From positions 77,089 through 141,088 of the forward strand of contig DAME01000003.1 in NCBI GenBank assembly GCA_002499545.1: 64,000 nt of DNA. The letters are read 5' to 3'. The position numbers and the translations under genes were made by a program. Positions 1 through 7,260 of the stretch are shown here, one piece after another (position 1 is the stretch's first letter; every line of letters begins with the position of its first letter). The notes beneath the pieces were generated by a model that ran no database searches, was not told the DNA's origin, and was given only the letters and a program-made list of their open reading frames with translations. Source of the DNA: Euryarchaeota archaeon UBA88 (GTDB lineage Archaea; Thermoplasmatota; Poseidoniia; Poseidoniales; Poseidoniaceae).

Positions 1-2228
1 CGGTCGAGAAGCGTAACTGAATAGCCAAGGGCGCGTGCATGCTCGAGCCTTTCAAGTACTGGCCCGAGTCCTTCGAATGTTGTAGCGTCATCAAGCAATG
101 CTTGTGCCAGCGGCTCCTCTGCCAAGCGCGCACGAAGTCGTTCGGCTTCTTGGATATCTGAAAGTGCATCCTCATGGGCTTGAGAAAGCGCTTCTGCTCG
201 CTCAATCAGCGACATTAATTCTGCCTCAGCATGACCGCGGCGGGCGCCCAAGTCTCCAAGTTCACGCAATATTTGTCGACGTTCTCCCATCAGTTCTCGT
301 ATTTCGGCATGTACCTGAGCTTGTCGAGTCTCATCATTCGCAAGACGGGTGCGGTCTTCTTCCGCACGACGACGAGCCGCTTTGGCTTCAGCGTCAATGG
401 ATTCCAATTCAGATTGATTTGAATGAATTTTTTCATCGAGCAACATGACTTCTGCCTGAGCACGTGTATGGCGTTCACGAGTTGCTTCAACTTGCTCTTG
501 GAGCACTCGTAAACGGCGTTCATCATCATCCGACTGCTGTCGAATGGTTGCCAAACGTTCACTGGCTGCTGAAAGTTCACTGTTCAATTCAGCCTCTTTA
601 AGAGACATTTCTTCAATCGCAGATTGAAGGGCTTCACTGGAAGTAGAGTCACCAAGTGCTTTCGCCAGTTCAGCTGCACGGGTGCTGACTTGGTGTTCCA
701 ATTCGTTGACGCGTTTCACCAGTCGTTCAGCTCTGTTTTCTGCTTGTTCAGCCGTGGCCCGTGCTTCTGCTAAATCCAACTGTAAGGAATTCATATCCGC
801 ATTACTGGACTCTAACGTTGCTGTTTGCGCCATTCGAGATTCAGTTGCTTCACGAACTAGGATATCCGCTGAATTTTTCGCAGCATGCGCTTCTTCAAGG
901 CGGCTGGCAAGTGCCGCTTTTTCTTTGATCAGTTCAGCGACCTCGTTCTGCGAAGTCTCGAGGCGACGGCGCAATCCTGAATCAATCGCTAAACTGTCCG
1001 TTGGTACTGCATCAAGTCCTTCTCCTACTTCATCAACGGTTAGAGAAAATTCTGCCGACGCCCGACCAATTCGCAGAGCTTCCATTCCGACCTCGAAGCC
1101 GAACATTTCTTTCAGTTTGGATTTCAAGTTCGCTCGACGGCTTTCAGATCGAGTGCGCAACGTGACCAACAGGTCTTGGAAATGACTGAGTGTAAATTCA
1201 TCAAAAGAGCCGGATTCACGAGACACGATGGTTCCAGCCGGTAAACGGTGCAGTTTGACGACCCAACTGGAATCGGTGAATCTGAGCATCGCTTCTTCAA
1301 ACGTCTCGCTGCTTGGCGCAGAAAGACCAACAGGTACTCCGCGGGACAACAACAGCGAAACAGCGTTTTCGGACTGGCCTGCCTGTATATGACCGGTCAC
1401 CTGTTCAGTCACTCCAGCGCTCAACATCGACAAAATGGCATCAGGGCCTCCTCGACCTTCACGGAGAACGAAACCAGCCGGAATTTGTCCGCCTTGCGAA
1501 CCGATGGCGCCCAGTTCGCCATCCAGAACTGCAGCCGTAGCTGAAAGAAGACGAGCGTGGTTGGCGTTTGCTTCAGTCCATACGCCGATGCAAATATCAC
1601 CAGATTCTGCAAGCAGCAGTGCACCGTCTTTTGAGTGCAGAGTCCAATGACTCGAACCCGAAATTCCGAATCCTTCATTCAGTTCATCCATTCTTACATC
1701 TGAAAGAATCGTATGAAGTTGAGCAGCTAATTGTTCGGATTGTGCGGGAAGGTCCCCTACTGAATCGATGAGCATACCTTGGTCAACTGCGATTGCTCCT
1801 CGAACAGTGTCTTGTTTGGCAAGCTCATTGAGGACTGCAGAAAGGTCTCGGGACATGAGTCGCTCAAGTGCATCTCCGCGGGCTAAGAGACCTTGCCGCT
1901 CGATGGCGAATTCAAATGCTTCCGGAACTGCTTCGGCAACACTGCCCAATGCGGACAGTGAATAGGATGTAGCGGTATGCCGAATGCTGCCTTTGGATTC
2001 AAGTTCAGTGAGCCGTTCACGAGCCTCTTTCCCACCGAGCAAAAGCTTCCCTTTTCCGGATTCAGCCAACCATCCAACGAAGCGCCCATCTCGGACCAAT
2101 CGATGGCCAGCAGGAGTTTTTCTTCGACCAACCCACGTGGTAATCGCCCCGTTGTCGAAGCTTTGTACGGCTCCTTCTTCGACGCTAATTGTGTCTTCAA
2201 TTGCTGTTCCTTCTGGTAGGCTAAACAT
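1..2228 (-). CDS. Roadblock/LC7-domain plus long coiled-coil protein (C-terminus beyond window edge; >=742 aa)
   Basis: Absent from the ORF track because no stop lies in the window. Manual minus-strand translation from ATG 2228-2226 stays open to position 3 (MFSLPEGTAIEDTISVEEGAV...). aa ~125-235 (LSAVLNELAKQDTVRGAIAVDQGMLIDSVGDLPAQSEQLAAQLHTIL...DGALLLAESGDICIGVWTEANANHARLL) resembles a Roadblock/LC7 fold. aa ~255-345 is possibly PATAN/DUF4388-like. From aa ~420 to the edge the sequence is heptad-like and E/A/R/L-rich (AELIKEKAALASRLEEAHAAK...LRVLQEQVEATRERH). Plus-strand ORFs here are A/S-rich antisense shadows. Confidence 0.8.
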   Translation of the reverse strand, partial: MFSLPEGTAIEDTISVEEGAVQSFDNGAITTWVGRRKTPAGHRLVRDGRFVGWLAESGKGKLLLGGKEARERLTELESKGSIRHTATSYSLSALGSVAEAVPEAFEFAIERQGLLARGDALERLMSRDLSAVLNELAKQDTVRGAIAVDQGMLIDSVGDLPAQSEQLAAQLHTILSDVRMDELNEGFGISGSSHWTLHSKDGALLLAESGDICIGVWTEANANHARLLSATAAVLDGELGAIGSQGGQIPAGFVLREGRGGPDAILSMLSAGVTEQVTGHIQAGQSENAVSLLLSRGVPVGLSAPSSETFEEAMLRFTDSSWVVKLHRLPAGTIVSRESGSFDEFTLSHFQDLLVTLRTRSESRRANLKSKLKEMFGFEVGMEALRIGRASAEFSLTVDEVGEGLDAVPTDSLAIDSGLRRRLETSQNEVAELIKEKAALASRLEEAHAAKNSADILVREATESRMAQTATLESSNADMNSLQLDLAEARATAEQAENRAERLVKRVNELEHQVSTRAAELAKALGDSTSSEALQSAIEEMSLKEAELNSELSAASERLATIRQQSDDDERRLRVLQEQVEATRERHTRAQAEVMLLDEKIHSNQSELESIDAEAKAARRRAEEDRTRLANDETRQAQVHAEIRELMGERRQILRELGDLGARRGHAEAELMSLIERAEALSQAHEDALSDIQEAERLRARLAEEPLAQALLDDATTFEGLGPVLERLEHARALGYSVTLLD

Positions 2229-2237
2229 TGTATCAAC

Positions 2238-2579
2238 TCACATTCTATGGGTGGTGGTGAGAATTCGTCGGTCACGATCAAGCGCATGACGCCATCGGGC
2301 TAAGCGTCCACCCCTACCGCTCAAAACCATGATTCTGTTGGGCAATGCAACATCAATCAACATTCTGTCCTCACTCTCGCACCATACTTCGTGAACGTTA
2401 CCCAAACCAAGTGCATGACCGGTTTCTCGGGCAACTTCTATCATTTCAATGGCGTCTTCAAACGGAGGAATTTCTCCCTCGTTTCCAACGCTGGCCAGCA
2501 ACTGGCCAGAATCATCGATGAGCATTGCTTGGTTTACGCCTTCTAGACGACATAAACCTGCAAGAACTCGTTGTAGCAT
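2238..2579 (-). CDS. Roadblock/LC7 (MglB-like) domain protein
   Basis: 113 aa from ATG 2579 (the track ORF starts at TTG 2615). MLQRVLAGLCRLEGVNQAMLIDDSGQLLASVGNEG...VHEVWCESEDRMLIDVALPNRIMVLSG fits the Roadblock pattern. The stop lies 9 nt upstream of the next ATG (2228), so the two genes are probably co-translated. Confidence 0.7.
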   Translation of the reverse strand: MLQRVLAGLCRLEGVNQAMLIDDSGQLLASVGNEGEIPPFEDAIEMIEVARETGHALGLGNVHEVWCESEDRMLIDVALPNRIMVLSGRGGRLARWRHALDRDRRILTTTHRM

Positions 2580-2631
2580 GGTGCTCAATCTTCCTGTCAG
2601 CGCTGTAGCCTTCAAGTAGTTTTGCGCTTCT

Positions 2632-2649
2632 ATCCCCCTAAAGGGGGAT
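2632..2649. other. GC-stem palindrome/hairpin ATCCCCC-TAAA-GGGGGAT
   Basis: Perfect 7-bp inverted repeat with a 4-nt loop in the divergent intergenic region, 17-53 nt upstream of the Roadblock gene start. Function unknown. Confidence 0.5.
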
Positions 2650-2791
2650 TTGCAGACCTAAATTGATTTTCCAACTGAATTTCTAAAAATCCGTCCACGC
2701 GGACAAAGTGAGTCGCTCTGTTTTCCGCGCCAATACACGGCTAAAAAACGACCAAATACTCCTTCGGCGAACAACATTGCAACACATATAT

Positions 2792-2819
2792 TTCAATTGC
2801 AAAATCAAATATTCAATTG
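2792..2819. promoter_or_regulatory. Two TTCAATTG boxes 20 nt apart in an AT-rich divergent promoter region
   Basis: TTCAATTG occurs at 2792-2799 and 2812-2819, each preceded by ATAT/ATA and each containing the palindrome CAATTG. They lie between divergent genes 2238-2579(-) and 2908-3909(+). Candidate operator/TATA region only. Confidence 0.3.
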
Positions 2820-2907
2820 GAAAAAAAATACCATTGAGCGCTTCGATTAAGAAACGCCTGCCACCTGAAAGCGGTGGACTCAAACCTAAGCGTCACTCCC
2901 GTATGCC

Positions 2908-3909
2908 ATGGCGAACGAGGGAGCGGGTGTATTTTCGATACCCCAATGCGACAGTTGTTCTCGCCCGGCCATACTCGAACAGGCCTATTCAGGGCGTGTT
3001 TTGTGTGGAGAACACATGGCGAAGTCAGTTCGTAAGAAAATCGCCAAAGAACTTCGACAACAGTTGAAACTTCCAAAAAACAGTGAAACTACCATCTTTG
3101 TGGCGATTTCTGGAGGAAAGGATTCAGCGGTTCTTCTCGAGTCACTGGTCGATCTGGTTGGCGATCGCCCCGATGTTACAATCATTGCAGGAACCGTTGA
3201 CGAGGGAATCGAAGGATATCGCCCCCCGTCACTGATTTGTGCTCAAGAATTGTGCGACACCCTGGGTGTTGAATTCATCACCGTCAGTTACCCTGAGCTC
3301 AGTTTCAAAGAAATGGATGAAGTGGTCGAGCGAATACCTGCGCTTGTCAAAGAAGGCAAAAATGCTCCTCGAATGCCGTGTTCATACTGCGGAGTATTCC
3401 GTCGACAAGGGATAAATCACCTTGCTCAAAAGGTCAATGCGGACTTTATCGCCCTTGGACACAACCTCGATGATATGGCACAAACTGTTCTGATGAACAT
3501 GACAAACGGCGACCTCGAACGAACGCTGCGACTTGCACCACACACCACGACTCCTGTAGACGGATTAGCACCTCGCATAGTCCCGCTGCGGTGGATTCCC
3601 GAACAGGAAGTCCATTTGTATGCTCTTCACAAAAACCTTCCAATCCATCATGAAGAATGCCCGCACGCCAAAGGCGCTCTGCGTTGGAGGCATCGCGAGA
3701 TGGTGGCAACTATGGAAGAAGACGTCCCTGGGACGCGACATGGCTTACTCCGCATGGCGGACAACATCAAAGTGCTTCGAGACCAAGTCATCGATCTTGG
3801 TGGATTTGAAGCACGGCCCGATCCGCCAACTCTGTGTCCAAACTGCGGTCAAATCACTTCGGGCAATCAATGCAAGGCTTGTGACCTACGAGCACTCATG
3901 AGTGACTGA
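2908..3909 (+). CDS. PP-loop ATPase, tRNA 2-thiolation protein (TtuA/NcsA/Ncs6 family)
   Basis: SGGKDSAVLL PP-loop, LGHNLDDMAQTVLMN, an N-terminal CDSC...C.EH Zn-finger-like motif and a C-terminal CPNCG...CKAC motif. Confidence 0.8.
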   Translation: MANEGAGVFSIPQCDSCSRPAILEQAYSGRVLCGEHMAKSVRKKIAKELRQQLKLPKNSETTIFVAISGGKDSAVLLESLVDLVGDRPDVTIIAGTVDEGIEGYRPPSLICAQELCDTLGVEFITVSYPELSFKEMDEVVERIPALVKEGKNAPRMPCSYCGVFRRQGINHLAQKVNADFIALGHNLDDMAQTVLMNMTNGDLERTLRLAPHTTTPVDGLAPRIVPLRWIPEQEVHLYALHKNLPIHHEECPHAKGALRWRHREMVATMEEDVPGTRHGLLRMADNIKVLRDQVIDLGGFEARPDPPTLCPNCGQITSGNQCKACDLRALMSD

Positions 3910-4389
3910 TCACAGAACGTTGTTGGCTAGGTCGTTCAAATCTTGAGGGCGGCCACAGTAGTGGCATCGAAGTTGCAGGGGGTCTCGTTGAACAACCTTT
4001 AGTCGGTGGGGTAGAGGTTCACGTGAATTGATTGTGATGCAGTTCGAAAAGGTGCACCGCACCACGTTCACAACTTCATCACCCAAGTTAATGTTCAGTT
4101 TCTCGGCAACTGCATAAGCACGTATGATGGCGACATGGGCTTCGGGGGCAACCAACGCTAACCGGTCAAGCTCAGATTGAGTAAGTTCTCTGTCTTCGAC
4201 TTTGATGATGTCTTTCGAACCCATCTTTTTCGAAGGGACATTCATGACCAGCGAGACTGGGACAGAGGTGTCACCAACTATGCCGAGCATCTCGAGTACT
4301 CGCATTGCTTGACCTGAAGGGATGTGGTCGATGACCGTACCATTACGGATGGCAGTGACTCGTCGCATGCTGTGTTCATTGGACATCAA
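3910..4389 (-). CDS. pyrI: Aspartate carbamoyltransferase regulatory subunit
   Basis: 159 aa with GTVIDHIP and a C-terminal Zn domain (CTFSNCIT...CHYCG). Its ATG overlaps the pyrB stop as ATGA (4386-4389). Confidence 0.9.
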   Translation of the reverse strand: MMSNEHSMRRVTAIRNGTVIDHIPSGQAMRVLEMLGIVGDTSVPVSLVMNVPSKKMGSKDIIKVEDRELTQSELDRLALVAPEAHVAIIRAYAVAEKLNINLGDEVVNVVRCTFSNCITINSREPLPHRLKVVQRDPLQLRCHYCGRPQDLNDLANNVL

Positions 4390-5336
4390 AACTCACCCCC
4401 TGCGCCAGAAACATCTGCAGGCACTTCAACATGCAGCAAACGGCATAACAAGGCCATTCGAGCGACAACGCCGTTGAAGGCTTGCTCAAAATATCGTGCG
4501 TGGCGAGTTGCATCAACGCTCGGGTCGATTTCATCAACACGTGGAAGAGGGTGCATGACGATCATGTCTTGCTTTACATCAGCGAGATGGCGGGCATGGA
4601 GTTTGTACGCTCCTGCGCATCGTGCGTATTCATCTTCGTCAGCGAATCTTTCCTTCTGAATACGTGTCATGTACACCACATCTGCATCATTGATAGAACC
4701 GTACAAGTCTTCGGTTTCGATTACGTTTGCCCCGTGTTCTTGGAGATCTGAGACGATTTCTTCCGGCATCCGCAGCAACTCCGGGCTTGCGAAAATCAGT
4801 TCACAACCGAAGCGTGTAAGAGCATGTGAAAGGGAGTGTACAGTTCGGCCATAGCGAAGATCTCCTGCCAGAACAACCTTCAATCCATCGAGTCGACCGT
4901 GTGCTTGTTGAATGGTAAACAGGTCAAGCATCGTCTGTGTAGGGTGATGTCCAGCACCGTCTCCACCGTTCAGAATGGGCACACGAGCGGCGTCTTGTGC
5001 GTACTGGGCGGCACCTTGGCGAGGATGTCGCATTGCAATAATATCTGTGTAGCCATCGACCATCTGAATGGTATCGAACAGGGTTTCACCTTTGACGACC
5101 GATGAGGTCTTGACGTCACCGAGATTCACTACGTCGCCGCCTAAACGCTTCATGGCAGTCTCAAACGACATTCGAGTCCTCGTACTGGGTTCAAAGAATA
5201 AATTTCCAAGAATTCTACCTCGAAGCAAAGGGAGGTACAGTTCACCTCGAGCGACCGGTAAAAGTCGTTCTGCATCATCCAAAATGCTCAGGATTTCATC
5301 GTTTGTCAGGTCGTCCATTGTAATGAGTCCAGCCAT
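4386..5336 (-). CDS. pyrB: Aspartate carbamoyltransferase catalytic subunit
   Basis: FFEPSTRTR, HPTQ and HPLPRV motifs. GAGGGTGA Shine-Dalgarno just upstream of the ATG. Confidence 0.95.
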   Translation of the reverse strand: MAGLITMDDLTNDEILSILDDAERLLPVARGELYLPLLRGRILGNLFFEPSTRTRMSFETAMKRLGGDVVNLGDVKTSSVVKGETLFDTIQMVDGYTDIIAMRHPRQGAAQYAQDAARVPILNGGDGAGHHPTQTMLDLFTIQQAHGRLDGLKVVLAGDLRYGRTVHSLSHALTRFGCELIFASPELLRMPEEIVSDLQEHGANVIETEDLYGSINDADVVYMTRIQKERFADEDEYARCAGAYKLHARHLADVKQDMIVMHPLPRVDEIDPSVDATRHARYFEQAFNGVVARMALLCRLLHVEVPADVSGAGGEF

Positions 5337-5460
5337 AGTTCACCCTCAGTTCACATGGAGGCAGCGAATGACACCCATGAACATTCCCGTCGGAACTGGT
5401 GGCTGAATGGTGCTACTGAACCGATGAAAAGCAGCACTCAGAAGCAAACGAAACGGCGGA

Positions 5461-7260
5461 GTGATTATCAAGCGAGAGCATTGGTCTTGCGCCATGGCTC
5501 TCGATGCTTGGGCGGACGTTGATGCAGCAATTGCAGCAGCGAAAGAAGCGCAACAGAACCGTATAGACCGACTGACAACCTTCTCTGCTTTGCTTATTCT
5601 CGGTGGAGCAATTTGGTTAATGTGGCCAAATCTTCAATCTGCAATCCGAGGTGAATCAGGCTTACTTGGAGGGCTTGGCTACCCACTGGTTGTCATCGCT
5701 TACGGACTCATCATTCAAGACTTGGTCATCGACAATCCGCAGTCGAGAACGAGAATTGGTTCCTTAGCAAGCATTGCATGGCCCGTCCTTCTGATGGTAG
5801 CAGGACTCAATGTCGATGTTTCGAATGCGTCAATTCTCGCTGCAATGGTCTGCTTAGGAATCGTTGCGTTCGCATCCTACCGCACCTCCAAAAGTATACT
5901 TCGCGGAGGTCTTGACGTCCTTCGATGGAGAGCGATTATGACCGGTTTGGGGACCGTAGGAGCATTCTCGCTTCTGGCAGGAAGCATACCTGAAACGTTG
6001 TCAGTGAAATGGTTGCTTTCCATGACGATATTAGCAACCTCCTCGTTTGCAACCGGCTATATTTGGTTCGTTGGCGACGAGCATCGTGGTGAGCGAAGAA
6101 TCTTCGTCAAGCGATTGGACGCATTGGAATCTCGACTTTTAGAATTGAAAGCAAACGGCTCAGCCGTCGATCAAGCTGCAAGTTTGGTCATGACGGCGAA
6201 GGAAGAGGGGCATGTGGATCCATTGCAAGGGATGAAACTCTTGGATGAAGCCGAAGAGGACATTGAGCGCTCATTGTCCCTCAGCGGCGACGTTGAAGTG
6301 ATTCAAGGAGACGCACTAGAAGCGATACAAGCCGCAGAGTCAATCGCTCCGGTAGTTAAGCGCCCACGGAAGTCTTACGAAATGGGCATACGTGAGGTTA
6401 AACTTGGTTCTCTTCGAGAGGGAGAGATGCTCTTCAGACAATCCAAAAAACTCGCAAATGAAATCATTCAATGGTGGCTAAAAGCCGAGCAAGCCATTGC
6501 AGAAGCAAGCCTTCAACTCAAGGATAATGATGGAGAAAGCGTCCAACATTTGAAAGAAATGTTGCTTGACGCTAAGAAGAAATTGGCCAATGAATCTCCC
6601 GAAAAGGCTTACCAGTTCGCCGTTGTGATTCCCGACCAGTTGCTCGCTGATGAAGGAGCTCAAGACCGCGCATTGGACGCTGTCAACGAAGCAAAGAAGC
6701 AACTCAAACAAACCGACGGCCTTGATACTGCAGACATGGAAAATCGATTGGCTCAAGCAGAACAAGCAATCGAAGCAGGAAGCCCGAGCCAAGCCATCGG
6801 ACTTGCTGACGGTGTTGTTCGATCTCTTGAGTCAGAACGTGAAGCGATGGACACGGTCCGTCGAGCACTGAAACAACGTAACAAACTTGTTTCACAGTAC
6901 CAAAATCGTGACGATAAAACCGAGTGGGACGACCGCCTCACATCTATTGAAACAGCCGCCGATGAGAAGAAGTGGTTGCACGCATCTGAACTACTCAATC
7001 GAATGACAACGGACCTCGACAATGAAGGTCAAGCCAGTGACGAAGCACTGGAACTGTTCGACTTTGTTGTAGATGAATGGAAGATACTTCGCAACCAGTG
7101 CGATTCGGCGAACATCACGCTCGAAGATGACGACCGACGTTCAGCTGAAAAGGCAATCGCACTCGCTGGTGAAACACTTGGCGTAGGACGAATTGAAGCA
7201 TGCTTGAATCATTTATCGCAAGCTGACACTGCAATGGAACGATTGCGACGACGAATCTAA
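5461..7260 (+). CDS. Hypothetical membrane protein with long C-terminal coiled-coil/helical region
   Basis: 599-aa ORF (GTG start; alternative Met at aa 12). About 5-6 hydrophobic segments in the first 200 aa, then E/A/K/L-rich helical sequence. No recognisable catalytic motif. Confidence 0.6.
   Translation: MIIKREHWSCAMALDAWADVDAAIAAAKEAQQNRIDRLTTFSALLILGGAIWLMWPNLQSAIRGESGLLGGLGYPLVVIAYGLIIQDLVIDNPQSRTRIGSLASIAWPVLLMVAGLNVDVSNASILAAMVCLGIVAFASYRTSKSILRGGLDVLRWRAIMTGLGTVGAFSLLAGSIPETLSVKWLLSMTILATSSFATGYIWFVGDEHRGERRIFVKRLDALESRLLELKANGSAVDQAASLVMTAKEEGHVDPLQGMKLLDEAEEDIERSLSLSGDVEVIQGDALEAIQAAESIAPVVKRPRKSYEMGIREVKLGSLREGEMLFRQSKKLANEIIQWWLKAEQAIAEASLQLKDNDGESVQHLKEMLLDAKKKLANESPEKAYQFAVVIPDQLLADEGAQDRALDAVNEAKKQLKQTDGLDTADMENRLAQAEQAIEAGSPSQAIGLADGVVRSLESEREAMDTVRRALKQRNKLVSQYQNRDDKTEWDDRLTSIETAADEKKWLHASELLNRMTTDLDNEGQASDEALELFDFVVDEWKILRNQCDSANITLEDDDRRSAEKAIALAGETLGVGRIEACLNHLSQADTAMERLRRRI

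Noticed and set aside
682-1185. 167-aa plus-strand ORF (A/S/R-rich), along with other short ORFs listed between 98 and 2289.
   Set aside because: The composition is low-complexity, as expected for the antisense of an E/L/A/R-rich coiled-coil gene. A single uninterrupted minus-strand frame (1-2228) with coherent domain content explains the region better.
2861-2877. The stem-loop CCACC-TGAAAGC-GGTGG (5-bp stem, 7-nt loop) and surrounding sequence considered as a possible tRNA anticodon arm or small RNA.
   Set aside because: Loop position 33 is G rather than U. No acceptor, D or T arms can be built from the flanks, and no GTTCGAATC-type T-loop is present. It is most likely part of the 5' leader of the tRNA-thiolation gene.
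2683-3067. Small ORFs 2683-2883(-) and 2708-3067(+) in the long intergenic region.
   Set aside because: They overlap each other and the start of the PP-loop ATPase gene, have odd composition, and lack ribosome-binding sites. I treat the region as regulatory DNA.
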